Below, one piece after another: positions 19,180 to 29,276 of a DNA stretch of 64,000 nucleotides (position 1 is its first letter; each line of letters starts with the position of its first letter). The stretch spans positions 113,110 through 177,109 of the forward strand of contig JBDRBE010000001.1 of assembly GCA_043823085.1 (NCBI GenBank), written 5' to 3'. Below the pieces are notes generated by a model. That model was not told the DNA's origin. It did no database searches and saw only the letters and a list, made by a program, of their open reading frames with translations. A program made the translations under genes and the position numbers. The stretch is from Candidatus Levyibacteriota bacterium (GTDB taxonomy: Bacteria; Patescibacteriota; Microgenomatia; Levybacterales; UBA12049).

Positions 19180-19566
19180 CTAAGCCTCTCTTTTATCAAG
19201 GGGAACGCAATTAGGACAACTGTTTGTTTGTGGATTATCAGAAAAAGCAAGATAGCCAAATCCTCGGTTACCATCCTCGTTAACGGGAAAATAGACAACA
19301 AGCCTTTCCTCCGGTTTTTCTCCATTTACTCTAATCCTGCGAAATTCCACATCCGCTGCTCCCAATTCAAAAAGAGAACACAGGTGAGATTGAGGATCTT
19401 CCCGAAAAGAATCTTTAACTGTTTTTAAACGCTCCTGCCAAGAACCATTTTTTTTATAAGACCTGATATCATCTATTAATCCTTGGGCATGTTCTTGAGC
19501 TTGAGGAACAAGACTCCATAATCCTTCCAAGGTTCCAGCAGCAAAACAACCTCCATTCTCTTTCAT
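19180..19566 (-). CDS. hypothetical protein (128 aa)
   Basis: First gene of the cluster. Overlaps the next ORF by 146 nt in another frame. Confidence 0.35.
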   Translation of the reverse strand: MKENGGCFAAGTLEGLWSLVPQAQEHAQGLIDDIRSYKKNGSWQERLKTVKDSFREDPQSHLCSLFELGAADVEFRRIRVNGEKPEERLVVYFPVNEDGNRGFGYLAFSDNPQTNSCPNCVPLDKREA

Positions 19567-19624
19567 TAATTTTTGGGTCAGTAATAATGTATTATATTCC
19601 TTTTTCTTCTTTTATCAAGGTTAT

Positions 19625-20167
19625 TTATTTTACATCCACAAGTTCCAAATCAAAAATTAGGGTAGCGTTTGGGGGAATGACATCTCTTATTCCTTGCGGG
19701 CCATAACCAAGATTTGGCGGAATAATCAATCTTCTTTGTCCGCCGACTTTCATACCAATTACTCCCATATCCCAGCCTTTAATAACATTTCCTACTCCAA
19801 TCTGCACCTCAATTGGCTTGCCTGTATCATATGAGCTGTCAAATTTTTTACCGTCAGTTAAAGTTCCCGTATAATTTATTAAAATTGTGTCTCCTGTCTT
19901 TGCTTCTTTTCCGGTGCCAATTTTTATATCCTGAATTTTTAAAGTTGACGCAGAAGATGCACTCTGCATAGCAGAATCTGCTAAAACCTGTGTCGGAGAA
20001 GGGATTGAAACTGAATTTTGAGCAGTTGTTGGTTGCGATTTAATCGGAGATGGCAAGGTAACTTCACCAAGGGTTTGTCCTGAATTTTGGATTCTATTCA
20101 AGATTTGTTCACGAATTAGTAAACCGGCAATAATTAAAATAATAATTGAAAAAATAATTTTATTCAT
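19625..20167 (-). CDS. FKBP-type peptidyl-prolyl cis-trans isomerase with N-terminal membrane anchor
   Basis: C-terminal FKBP domain GKKFDSSYDTGKPIEVQIGVGNVIKGWDMG...LIFDLELVDVK. Confidence 0.8.
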   Translation of the reverse strand: MNKIIFSIIILIIAGLLIREQILNRIQNSGQTLGEVTLPSPIKSQPTTAQNSVSIPSPTQVLADSAMQSASSASTLKIQDIKIGTGKEAKTGDTILINYTGTLTDGKKFDSSYDTGKPIEVQIGVGNVIKGWDMGVIGMKVGGQRRLIIPPNLGYGPQGIRDVIPPNATLIFDLELVDVK

Positions 20168-20235
20168 TTATTTTTTTTCGATTATATCATAAACTCATCA
20201 CAAACAATTAAACCCATGCTATAATCAAGAATAGA

Positions 20236-22065
20236 ATGACGGCAAAAGATTTAGTCGAAAAATATATTGGTTTTTTTGAAAAATTGGGACATAAAAAAAT
20301 CCCAAACTCCCCTCTTGTTCCCGAAAACGACCCGACAGTTCTTTTTACTACCGCAGGGATGCATCCTTTAATTTCTTATCTTATGGGCCAGCCGCATCCT
20401 TTAGGAAAACGTTTAGTTGGTTTACAAAAATGCCTGAGAACTGACGACATTGATGAAGTCGGAGATAAAGTTCATCACACTTTTTTTGAAATGCTTGGAA
20501 ATTGGTCACTTGGCGACTATTGGAAAAAAGAAGCAATTGAATATAGCTATGAATTCTTAACTTCTAAAGAATGGCTTGGAATTGATAAAAATAGAATAGC
20601 AATTTCTGTTTTTGCCGGAGATAATGACGCGCCATTTGATCAAGAATCTTATGATAAATGGATAGAGTTAGGTATTCCAGAATCCCGTATTAAAAGACTT
20701 CCAAAAAAAGATAATTGGTGGGGCCCTGCTGGAGAAACCGGCCCCTGCGGTCCGGACACCGAAATGTTTGTTTGGGCAGGTCAAGGTAAAATTCCTCAAA
20801 CTTTTGACCCAAAAAATTCCGACTGGGTTGAAGTTTGGAATAATGTTTTTATGGAATACAACAAAACTAGATGCAACACGTTTGAACCCTTGAAACAAAA
20901 GAACGTTGATACGGGCATGGGTTTAGAAAGAATGTTAGCAGTTTTAAATAATACAGACGATGATTACAAAACAGAATTATTTCTACCAGCTATTAAAGAA
21001 ATTGAAAAGTTATCCAAGTTTGAATATGGAGACAAATCAGACAATGAATATATCCGAGAAGGAAAACAATGTTTTGTTGATGTCCGAAAACAATTTCGAA
21101 TCATTGCAGACCATCTAAGAGCTGCCGTTTTTATTATCTCTAATGGGGTGGAACCCTCAAATAAAGAAAAGGGCTATATTGTTCGAAGGATTATCCGCAG
21201 GTCAATTTTGCAACTGAAAAAATTGGGAATTGTTGATTTGGAAAAAGCAGGCAAAGAAATTGCTGAAATTTTTATCAATTTAATGTCCCCTGTTTATCCT
21301 GAATTAAAACAACAACATACTAAAATGATTCAAATCATTGAAGCAGAAATAAAAAAGTTTAACCAGGCTTTAGAAAAAGGATTAAAAGAATTTAATAAAT
21401 TGTCCTCTATTGATGGAAAAATTGCTTTTGATTTATTCCAAACCTACGGTTTTCCTTTAGAATTAATCCAGGAATTAGCAAAAGAAAAAGAATTAAAATT
21501 TAATCCTGAAGAATTTAAGAAAGAATTTGAAAAACATCAAAAATTATCCAGAACTGCTTCTACCGGTATGTTTAAAGGAGGACTTGGAGAACAAAATGAA
21601 CAGACTACAAAATATCACACTGCCACCCATTTGCTTCATGCCGCACTGCGGAAAATTTTGGGTGAGCACGTACAACAAAAAGGAAGCAATATTACGGCGG
21701 AAAGATTAAGATTTGATTTTTCGTATGAGGAAAAATTAACCGATGAACAAATTAAAAAAGTTGAAGATTTAGTTAATGAAAAAATCAAAAAGAATTTACC
21801 TGTAACATCAGCCATCATGAACAAAGATGAAGCGCTGAAATCTGGAGCATTAGGTTTCTTTTTGGAAAAATACGGAGATAAAGTGACCGTTTACACCATT
21901 GATAACCCTTCGACTCGCTCCGTTCGCTCAGGGTCTCCCTTTTCAAGGGAGATTTGCGGCGGACCTCATATTGATTTTACAGGGAAACTCAAAAGGTTTA
22001 AAATAATAAAACAGGAAAATATCGGAGGAGGACAGCGAAGAATTTATGCAATTTTAGATAAATGA
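20236..22065 (+). CDS. alaS: alanyl-tRNA synthetase (short CPR-type, 609 aa)
   Basis: Class II AlaRS catalytic core plus editing-domain HxxxH (HTATHLLHAAL). Confidence 0.85.
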   Translation: MTAKDLVEKYIGFFEKLGHKKIPNSPLVPENDPTVLFTTAGMHPLISYLMGQPHPLGKRLVGLQKCLRTDDIDEVGDKVHHTFFEMLGNWSLGDYWKKEAIEYSYEFLTSKEWLGIDKNRIAISVFAGDNDAPFDQESYDKWIELGIPESRIKRLPKKDNWWGPAGETGPCGPDTEMFVWAGQGKIPQTFDPKNSDWVEVWNNVFMEYNKTRCNTFEPLKQKNVDTGMGLERMLAVLNNTDDDYKTELFLPAIKEIEKLSKFEYGDKSDNEYIREGKQCFVDVRKQFRIIADHLRAAVFIISNGVEPSNKEKGYIVRRIIRRSILQLKKLGIVDLEKAGKEIAEIFINLMSPVYPELKQQHTKMIQIIEAEIKKFNQALEKGLKEFNKLSSIDGKIAFDLFQTYGFPLELIQELAKEKELKFNPEEFKKEFEKHQKLSRTASTGMFKGGLGEQNEQTTKYHTATHLLHAALRKILGEHVQQKGSNITAERLRFDFSYEEKLTDEQIKKVEDLVNEKIKKNLPVTSAIMNKDEALKSGALGFFLEKYGDKVTVYTIDNPSTRSVRSGSPFSREICGGPHIDFTGKLKRFKIIKQENIGGGQRRIYAILDK

Positions 22066-24326
22066 AAATATCTTTTACTTCCCTTTTTGGTAAAAAAGAA
22101 AAACCTCACTACTTTCTTGCCCTTTTACTTCGGGACGAAAAAGCCTGCGGTGTTATTTTTGAAGAACTCAAGGGCAAAATCCAAGTAAAAGGAGAAGCGC
22201 AAGAATATTTTAAAACTTCCATTGAACAAGCCAGTGAAAATGAATTGCTTGAAGTTTTGGATACGGTAATTTCTAATGCCGAAGAAAATCTTCCAAAAGA
22301 CGTTGAAACCAGAAAAACAGTTTTTGGTTTAAAAGAAACTTGGGTTGAAGGTCCAAAAATTAAAAAAGAATATCTATTAAAACTTAAAAAAGCCTCTGAC
22401 TCACTCGGACTTGCACCGATTGGTTTTTTGGTAATTCATGAAGCCATCGTTCATTTAATGGGAGATGAAGAAGGCGCTCCGGTTTCGGCAATTTTGGTTG
22501 AAGTTGATAAAGAAGCTATTTCTATTTCTATCTGCAGGGCAGGAAGAATAATTGAAACCAAAAGAACAAAGATAGAAGATGGATTGGCCCAAAGTTGTGA
22601 TAAGCTTTTACATTATTTTACCAAGACCGAAATCCTCCCTTCAAGAATTGTTCTTTTTGACGGAAAAAATACTGAAAGATTACAGCAAGAATTTATAAGC
22701 CACGCCTGGAGCAAAAATCTTTCCTTCTTGCATGTTCCGCAAATTACCAATCTGCCTAAAGGATTTGACGCAAAGTCTGTTTTATTTGGCGCCGCAAGCC
22801 AAATGGGTTTTGAAGTTTTAGAAGAAAAGGAAATTGACAAAGACAAAAAAACTACAGTAGCTGAAACCGTAGAAGAGAAAAAAGAAATTGAAGAAGTTGA
22901 AAAAACAGAACCTTCTGTTGTTGAAGAAACAAAAGACGCTGATGAGTTTAAAAAGGAAATTACCGAAGATTTTGCAAGTTTTGGATTTTTAAAAGACGAA
23001 GATATAGCAAGTTTTAAAAAGAAAGAAAATATTAATCAAGATATTAAACCGAAAGAAGAAGAGATAGAAGAAAATATAACCGAAAAAGATGAAATACTCA
23101 AAACAAAACAAAATCAGTCAATTTTTTCTTTTTTTTCTTTTTTAAAAATTCTAAAAAATATCAAATTCCCGCCCCTTCCTTCTCTGCCTTCTGTAAAAAT
23201 GAATAAATTAATTTTTATTCCACCCTTTATTCTTTTTTTAATTCTTGCTCTTTTAGGATTTTATCTTTTTAAATCCGAGGCCGTTATTGTTCTAAATATT
23301 GACCCAAAAATTATTGAACAAAGTACAAACATGACTTTTTCAACCAGTCAAAATTCCGATCCTGTAAAGGATATTATCCACGCCCAAGATGTCTCTGTTT
23401 CTCAAGATGGAGAAATGACTGCTGATGTAAGCGGCAAAAAAGAAGTTGGAGACAAAGCAAAAGGAACAGTTACAATTTTAAGCTCCCTTTCCGGCGAAAC
23501 TACGATTAAAGAAGGTGCTATTGTAACATCATCAAATGACTTGAAATTTGTTCTTGATAGCAACGTTAAACTGGCATCAAGCTCAGGATTGGATGATCTA
23601 AAATCAAATAAGGCTAATGTGACAGCCAATGATATTGGAAAAGAGTACAATCTTCCATCCGGCACTAAGTTTACAATCGGGTCTTTTGATAATTCTCAGC
23701 TTGTAGCCAAAAACGATAATCCTTTTTCTGGCGGAACAAAAAAAGAAGTGACCGCAGTTTCCAAAGCCGACCAGGATAAATTGCTTTCAGACCTCCCTAA
23801 AAAACTTGAAGAAAACGCCAAAAATTCACTTTTGCAAAAGATGCCAAACGACCAGGCTTTATTGCCGATCTTTACAGCAACCGATTTTACCAAAAAAGAA
23901 TTCAGTCAAAAAATTGGAGATGAAGCACAAAATCTTAAATTAACGGCAACTATTTCTTTTACGGGACTCGCTTACAAAAAGGGTGAATTAGATAGTCTAT
24001 TGAAAAATTATTCTTTGGAAAATGCTAATGATATGATCCTTGCGGAAAACGGAACAAAATATGATCTTACCGATTTAAAATTAGAAAAAAGTAAAGAAGT
24101 TTCGGCCACTCTCAATTTAAAATTGTATCTTTTACCAAAATTTGATGAACAAAAACTAACTAGCTCGATTACAGGAAAATCAATTGAAGAATCTAAAAAT
24201 ATTCTTTTAAAACTTCCTCAAGTAACAGGTGTTGACATCCAACTTAATCCAAGTCTTCCTTTCCTGCCAAAGATTATGCCGCGTTTTTCTAAAAATATAA
24301 AACTTACTTTAAACTCGGAAGAATAA
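22062..24326 (+). CDS. large membrane protein: cytoplasmic N-domain, one transmembrane helix, Ser/Thr/Lys-rich extracytoplasmic C-domain (possibly two fused genes)
   Basis: 754-aa open frame. A low-complexity poly-T bridge at about 23100-23198 precedes the internal MNKLIFIPPFILFLILALLGFYLF. Overlaps alaS by 4 nt and precedes a sortase. Confidence 0.45.
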   Translation: MKISFTSLFGKKEKPHYFLALLLRDEKACGVIFEELKGKIQVKGEAQEYFKTSIEQASENELLEVLDTVISNAEENLPKDVETRKTVFGLKETWVEGPKIKKEYLLKLKKASDSLGLAPIGFLVIHEAIVHLMGDEEGAPVSAILVEVDKEAISISICRAGRIIETKRTKIEDGLAQSCDKLLHYFTKTEILPSRIVLFDGKNTERLQQEFISHAWSKNLSFLHVPQITNLPKGFDAKSVLFGAASQMGFEVLEEKEIDKDKKTTVAETVEEKKEIEEVEKTEPSVVEETKDADEFKKEITEDFASFGFLKDEDIASFKKKENINQDIKPKEEEIEENITEKDEILKTKQNQSIFSFFSFLKILKNIKFPPLPSLPSVKMNKLIFIPPFILFLILALLGFYLFKSEAVIVLNIDPKIIEQSTNMTFSTSQNSDPVKDIIHAQDVSVSQDGEMTADVSGKKEVGDKAKGTVTILSSLSGETTIKEGAIVTSSNDLKFVLDSNVKLASSSGLDDLKSNKANVTANDIGKEYNLPSGTKFTIGSFDNSQLVAKNDNPFSGGTKKEVTAVSKADQDKLLSDLPKKLEENAKNSLLQKMPNDQALLPIFTATDFTKKEFSQKIGDEAQNLKLTATISFTGLAYKKGELDSLLKNYSLENANDMILAENGTKYDLTDLKLEKSKEVSATLNLKLYLLPKFDEQKLTSSITGKSIEESKNILLKLPQVTGVDIQLNPSLPFLPKIMPRFSKNIKLTLNSEE

Positions 24327-24335
24327 TACTCAAAC

Positions 24336-25070
24336 ATGCCCAAAAAATATTACACTTATCAAACTAAGGGAAAATTAAATTCCCGAAAAATCATCCGTTT
24401 TTTTGGACTCATTATTTTTCTTTGCGGCTTTTTGGCAATCCTTTATGTTTTTTTTCCTTTAATTTCCTGGCAAATCTTTTTTGCACCAATTTTTGCTTCT
24501 CAAGATATTGCCGCACCTATTCCAAAGACTACTATTGTTAACTCATCTTCCATAACGAGCCTTTTTAGTCAGGCGACAGATAACCTTGGAACTAATTACT
24601 TAGATGCGCAAACTTGGTTTCCAGGATATAAATCTAGAAACGCCCAAGGCCTTAAAACACAATCTTACATCATGTCTATTCCAACTCTTGGAATAAAAAA
24701 TGCTAATGTTACAACTATTGACAATGACTTGGAAAAACATCTTGTTAATTATGGCGGGACCGCTATTCCGCCTGATAATGGCACTGCAGTTATCTTTGGC
24801 CACTCCACACTGCCTCAACTTTTTAATTCCAAAGATTATAAAACAATTTTTGCCACGGTTTATAAATTAAAAATCGGAGACGAATTCTCTGTTAACGTAA
24901 ACGGAGTTACCTATATCTATAAAATTTACAACATTATTGTTACCGATCCTTCAGATAATTCAATTTTTACCCAGGATTTTACAAGCAGTTATATTGCACT
25001 TGTCACCTGCACTCCGCCAGGGACAACATGGAAAAGACTGATTATAAAAGCAAAATTGGCAAAAATATAA
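24336..25070 (+). CDS. sortase family transpeptidase
   Basis: N-terminal membrane anchor, catalytic His (VIFGHST) and TLVTCTP Cys motif. Confidence 0.75.
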   Translation: MPKKYYTYQTKGKLNSRKIIRFFGLIIFLCGFLAILYVFFPLISWQIFFAPIFASQDIAAPIPKTTIVNSSSITSLFSQATDNLGTNYLDAQTWFPGYKSRNAQGLKTQSYIMSIPTLGIKNANVTTIDNDLEKHLVNYGGTAIPPDNGTAVIFGHSTLPQLFNSKDYKTIFATVYKLKIGDEFSVNVNGVTYIYKIYNIIVTDPSDNSIFTQDFTSSYIALVTCTPPGTTWKRLIIKAKLAKI

Positions 25071-25185
25071 ATGAGAAAAATTTGGCCTACAATTTATCGG
25101 ATTATAAATGAGGTTATTTATTTTGTTATTAATTTACTAAAAAGCATTACTGTCTACGCCTTAAAACAAATCAAAGGGGTTTAAA

Positions 25186-26454
25186 ATGGAAAAGACTAAC
25201 GTACTAAATTCTATCCGAAAAAAACTTTTGGGGAAAAAATTATCTTACCATGAGATATATGAAATTATGGACCATATTGCCCAAAAAAAATTAGGCAAAG
25301 TCCTAACCACTTACTTTGCCGCATCTGGATATTCTAAAGGATTCAGCAATCAGGAACTTTATTTTTTGACAAAAGCAATGGTGGAAACCGGCGAAAAACT
25401 TCATTTTAAAGGAATTGTCGCCGACAAACATTCAATAGGAGGAGTGCCTGGAACAAGAACTACTTTAATAATTGTTCCAATAGTCGCGGCCGCCGGATTT
25501 ACCATTCCTAAAAGTTCTTCCAGAGCTATTACAACAGCAGGCGGAACAGCCGACGATATGGAAGTTTTAGCTCCTGTTGATTTTTCAAAAAAACAAATAT
25601 ATCGAATTGTTAAAAAAACTAACGGCTGTATTGTTTGGGGAGGATCGTTTAATATCGCCCCTGCCGATGATGAAATAATTAAAGTTGAAGAACCGCTTCT
25701 TTTTGAGAGTTACGATAAAATCTTGGTTTCCATTATGGCAAAAAAAATTGCTTTTGGTTCCAATCATCTTGTGATTGATCTGCCTTACGGAGAAATGGTC
25801 AAGGTTCATCGATTAAAAGACGCAGAAATTTTAAAAGAAAAATTTATGTATTTAGCCAAACAATTTAAAATCCATATCAAAGTTTTAATCCGCCGAACAG
25901 ATGAACCGGCAGGCCGTGGAATTGGACCTATTCTTGAAACTCGGGAGGCGTTAAGAGTTTTACAGCAAAAAGAGTCAAGAGCCCTTGATTTGGAAATCAG
26001 AAGTTTGGATTTGGCCGGAACGCTTTTGGATTTATGTCTACAAGAATCTCCAAAAAAACTAATAAATGAAGTTAAAAACAAATACGGTAATGGTATCGGC
26101 TGGGCAACATCAATTTTAAAAACAGGTCAGGCATTTGAAAAAATAAAAGAAATTATTAAGGCTCAAGGAGGAAAATCAAATATCGACAGTGAAGATTTAA
26201 AACCGGGCGCGTATTTTTTGGAAATTAAATCTCACAAGAGCGGCGAAGTAAAAAAAATTGATAGTCGTAATATTACAATTATTACAAAAATTTTAGGCGC
26301 GCCGGAACAAAAAAAAGCCGGGATTTTTTTTAATAAGAAAATAAAAGACAAAGTCGTAAAAAATGAGCCCATCTGTACATTATATAGCGAAAAAGAGTAT
26401 AATCTCAAAGAAGCAAAAGACACTATCCAAAATTTTCCGATATTATTGTTATGA
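25186..26454 (+). CDS. deoA: thymidine/pyrimidine-nucleoside (AMP) phosphorylase family
   Basis: Glycosyltransferase family 3 fold with the HSIGGVPG motif. Confidence 0.7.
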   Translation: MEKTNVLNSIRKKLLGKKLSYHEIYEIMDHIAQKKLGKVLTTYFAASGYSKGFSNQELYFLTKAMVETGEKLHFKGIVADKHSIGGVPGTRTTLIIVPIVAAAGFTIPKSSSRAITTAGGTADDMEVLAPVDFSKKQIYRIVKKTNGCIVWGGSFNIAPADDEIIKVEEPLLFESYDKILVSIMAKKIAFGSNHLVIDLPYGEMVKVHRLKDAEILKEKFMYLAKQFKIHIKVLIRRTDEPAGRGIGPILETREALRVLQQKESRALDLEIRSLDLAGTLLDLCLQESPKKLINEVKNKYGNGIGWATSILKTGQAFEKIKEIIKAQGGKSNIDSEDLKPGAYFLEIKSHKSGEVKKIDSRNITIITKILGAPEQKKAGIFFNKKIKDKVVKNEPICTLYSEKEYNLKEAKDTIQNFPILLL

Positions 26455-27392
26455 AAAGAATATTTATTTTGATAATTTTTCTCTTAGTTTTAATTGGAGC
26501 GGGATTTATTTGGTGGACAATGGGATTAAAGGCAGTTAACCCGCAGGATAAAAATCAGGTGATTTTTGTTGTCGAAAAAGGCAAAGGAATCAAAGAAATT
26601 GCCAATAAACTTAAAGGCCAGGGATTAATTAAAGATTCAATTATTTTTTTCCTGTATGTAAAAAAACAAGGAATTGAAGGAAAAATTCAGGCCGGAGATT
26701 TTCGGCTCTCTCCATCAATGAATGCAGAAGACATTGCCGAAGAATTAACACATGGAACACTGGATGTTTGGGTAACTATTCCCGAAGGAGTAAGAGCCAC
26801 AGAGATTGCCGATATTTTGGCTAAAAAAATTCCCACTTATAAAGAGTCTTGGAAAGCTGTTTTAGAAAAAAACGAAGGTTATCTTTTTCCGGACACTTAT
26901 CTTCTTCCAAAAGATACAGACATAAATCTTGCTGTTACAATGATGAAGAATAATTTTGAAATAAAATTTGCTCAAATAAGCGACGCGAATAGAAGCAAAC
27001 TAACAAAAAGCCAAATCGTCATTCTTGCTTCGATGATAGAAAGAGAAGCAAAGTTTGCAAATGATAGACCACTGGTCGCTTCTGTTCTTTTAAATAGACT
27101 CCAAATCTCCATGCCTTTACAAATTGATGCAACCATCCAATATGCTCTTGGTTTCTGGAAACGGAATCTTACAACCCAAGATTTAAAAATTAAATCGCCT
27201 TATAACACTTATTTGAATGTTGGTCTTCCACCGGCCCCAATTTCCAACCCCGGACTTGATGCGCTAAAAGCAGTAATAAACCCAGCGGACACTAACTACC
27301 TCTATTATGTTTCCGATAAATCCAGTCATAATCATTACGCAAAAACTCTCGAAGAACACAACGCCAATATCAAAAAATACGCCGTTTATTAA
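26451..27392 (+). CDS. mltG: endolytic murein transglycosylase MltG (YceG)
   Basis: N-terminal transmembrane helix and YceG-like domain (LNVGLPPAPISNPG). Confidence 0.8.
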   Translation: MKRIFILIIFLLVLIGAGFIWWTMGLKAVNPQDKNQVIFVVEKGKGIKEIANKLKGQGLIKDSIIFFLYVKKQGIEGKIQAGDFRLSPSMNAEDIAEELTHGTLDVWVTIPEGVRATEIADILAKKIPTYKESWKAVLEKNEGYLFPDTYLLPKDTDINLAVTMMKNNFEIKFAQISDANRSKLTKSQIVILASMIEREAKFANDRPLVASVLLNRLQISMPLQIDATIQYALGFWKRNLTTQDLKIKSPYNTYLNVGLPPAPISNPGLDALKAVINPADTNYLYYVSDKSSHNHYAKTLEEHNANIKKYAVY

Positions 27393-27394
27393 AA

Positions 27395-27895
27395 ATGACA
27401 GAAAAATCAGCAATCAAAACTAAAGAACACCCAGCAACAAACCAAAGAGAGCAAAAAAGAAAAGAAGCAACCGAAAGATTAAAAAAAACTGTAAAGAGAG
27501 TTACGGCAGAAATTAGTGAAGAACTTGAATTGCCAGGAATGGAAAAGTCCAATGGAAATACTCTTACAGGCAGAATTCGTGAATCTTTAGATAATATCTC
27601 TCTAAGAAAATCGCCATATGTGTTAACGCTTAAGTTTAGTAATATAGAAATGGGAGATGATGCTCTTGAAGAGCTTGGGGGACCTATTATTGCGCCACAT
27701 CAGTTGACCCTAATGTTTTTGGAGAAAATGGGAGTAGATATTAATAAGATACCTAAACCAGAAAGTCATTCTCAATCTATAATTCTGCCTGAGAAAGTCG
27801 AACTCTTCAGTATTGAACTTTGTGTTAATGGATTTCTACCTCAAAAACCTAATGAGCCCAGATTCGACGGTTTTTTATTAAAGTTTACTTCCTAA
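27395..27895 (+). CDS. hypothetical protein (166 aa)
   Basis: ORF only. Confidence 0.4.
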   Translation: MTEKSAIKTKEHPATNQREQKRKEATERLKKTVKRVTAEISEELELPGMEKSNGNTLTGRIRESLDNISLRKSPYVLTLKFSNIEMGDDALEELGGPIIAPHQLTLMFLEKMGVDINKIPKPESHSQSIILPEKVELFSIELCVNGFLPQKPNEPRFDGFLLKFTS

Positions 27896-28278
27896 TTTCT
27901 CTTGGGAATTCCGCGGAAGAATCTTTTTGGTGCGCTTACAATTTTTTCCAATGTTTGGCCGTTTGGTGCTTCTTGTTTTTTTGGTTCTGATCTTTCCACC
28001 GAAGTTTCAACGGAGGCGGACTGAACTTGTGTTGATTCATTCTCATTCCGCTGAACTTTTTTTGGGTGGCACTGATTACAACTTTCTTTCTTTTCCGGAA
28101 TTTCTAAATCCTCGTTATCACAAGATAACAGTTCAGATAATTCCAATCCTCCTTCTGTAATTGTTTTTACAAGTTCTTTTCCTCTTTTGGTACCAAGTAA
28201 AAAAACTGCTCCTCCACCAATAATAAGCCCGAGTAAAAATGAATTAAAAGATCCGCCGCTTTGATGATTATCATTCAT
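27892..28278 (-). CDS. YtxH-like membrane-anchored protein
   Basis: GLIIGGGAVFLLGTKRGKE N-terminal YtxH-type helix. Confidence 0.4.
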   Translation of the reverse strand: MNDNHQSGGSFNSFLLGLIIGGGAVFLLGTKRGKELVKTITEGGLELSELLSCDNEDLEIPEKKESCNQCHPKKVQRNENESTQVQSASVETSVERSEPKKQEAPNGQTLEKIVSAPKRFFRGIPKRN

Positions 28279-28552
28279 TTCTGTTTCCCTCCCTGTGTTT
28301 TTTTAACTTTTTATTAAAAATTGACGCAAATATAGATCCTGCTTTAAGTCCGGAAGCTAAAAGCGAAATTTTGGAAATCGGACCGGAAACGCTTTCGGTA
28401 ATCGTTCCTGTATCCTCTAAAACTTTATTGGCTTTAGAAACTGTCTGACGAAGTTCGCGAAGAATAAAAAAGACCTGAATTCCCAAAATAAAAAGGAGAA
28501 CTGTTAAGACAATAAGCACAATAATTAAAACTGCTTGGGCAGTATCTATCAT
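28271..28552 (-). CDS. DUF948-like small membrane protein
   Basis: N-terminal transmembrane helix plus coiled segment; overlaps the previous gene by 8 nt. Confidence 0.4.
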   Translation of the reverse strand: MIDTAQAVLIIVLIVLTVLLFILGIQVFFILRELRQTVSKANKVLEDTGTITESVSGPISKISLLASGLKAGSIFASIFNKKLKKHREGNRNE

Positions 28553-28629
28553 ATTTCGAATAGCTCAACATGACCTTGAGCCTGTCGAAAGGTCATATTA
28601 CTTTAAGTTAACATTAAGCGGAAAATCTG

Positions 28630-29268
28630 TCAAGGGGTTTTTACTTCTATGTGGCGGGTTTCTTGCGTTTCCCTGCCAAAACGGTTAACTGCTTTCACAA
28701 CTATTGTTGTTTTCCCCGGAAACAAATCAATGTCTTTTTTAAAAACCCCGTCTTTGTCCAAAGAAACCGAAACATTATTAACATAAACCGTAGCGTTAGG
28801 ATCTGTCTGTCCCCAAACTTGAATATCTTTCGCATCCAAAACTGCCGACTCTTTAGGCGCAAATATCGCAAGATGAGGATTAATAATTGCGAAGCGATAT
28901 TGAAATGCAATATATCCTAAAAGAACTAAAAAAATGGAGAAAATAAAAAATCCGGCTTGAACAAATCTAATTCTTTTAAGCGGAAATTCCGAAGACCTGG
29001 AAAGCCCCTCTGGTAAAACCTTGAAAAATTTTTCCTCATCAAATTCTCGACGGAATAGAGCTAAAATTTCCGCTGAAGATTCACCTAAAAAATCTGCATA
29101 ATTTCTCACAAATCCATGGGCGTATGCCCCTTGAGGAAGTTTTTGATATTCACCTTTTTCAATAGCCAAAAGAAAAGTCGATTTTATTTTAATCGCCTTT
29201 TCGATATCCTTAAGAGTTAATTGTTTTTTAACTCGCGCCTCACGCAGTCTTTGTCCAACCCGTACCAT
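28630..29268 (-). CDS. rodZ: RodZ-like cytoskeleton protein (XRE helix-turn-helix plus transmembrane helix)
   Basis: Helix-turn-helix LTLKDIEKAIKIKSTFLLAIE, central transmembrane helix, periplasmic C-domain. Confidence 0.55.
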   Translation of the reverse strand: MVRVGQRLREARVKKQLTLKDIEKAIKIKSTFLLAIEKGEYQKLPQGAYAHGFVRNYADFLGESSAEILALFRREFDEEKFFKVLPEGLSRSSEFPLKRIRFVQAGFFIFSIFLVLLGYIAFQYRFAIINPHLAIFAPKESAVLDAKDIQVWGQTDPNATVYVNNVSVSLDKDGVFKKDIDLFPGKTTIVVKAVNRFGRETQETRHIEVKTP

Positions 29269-29276
29269 ATCGAAAA

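Noticed and set aside
19165-19428. 87-aa plus-strand ORF
   Set aside because: Antisense within the 128/169-aa gene overlap region, Lys/Ile-rich.
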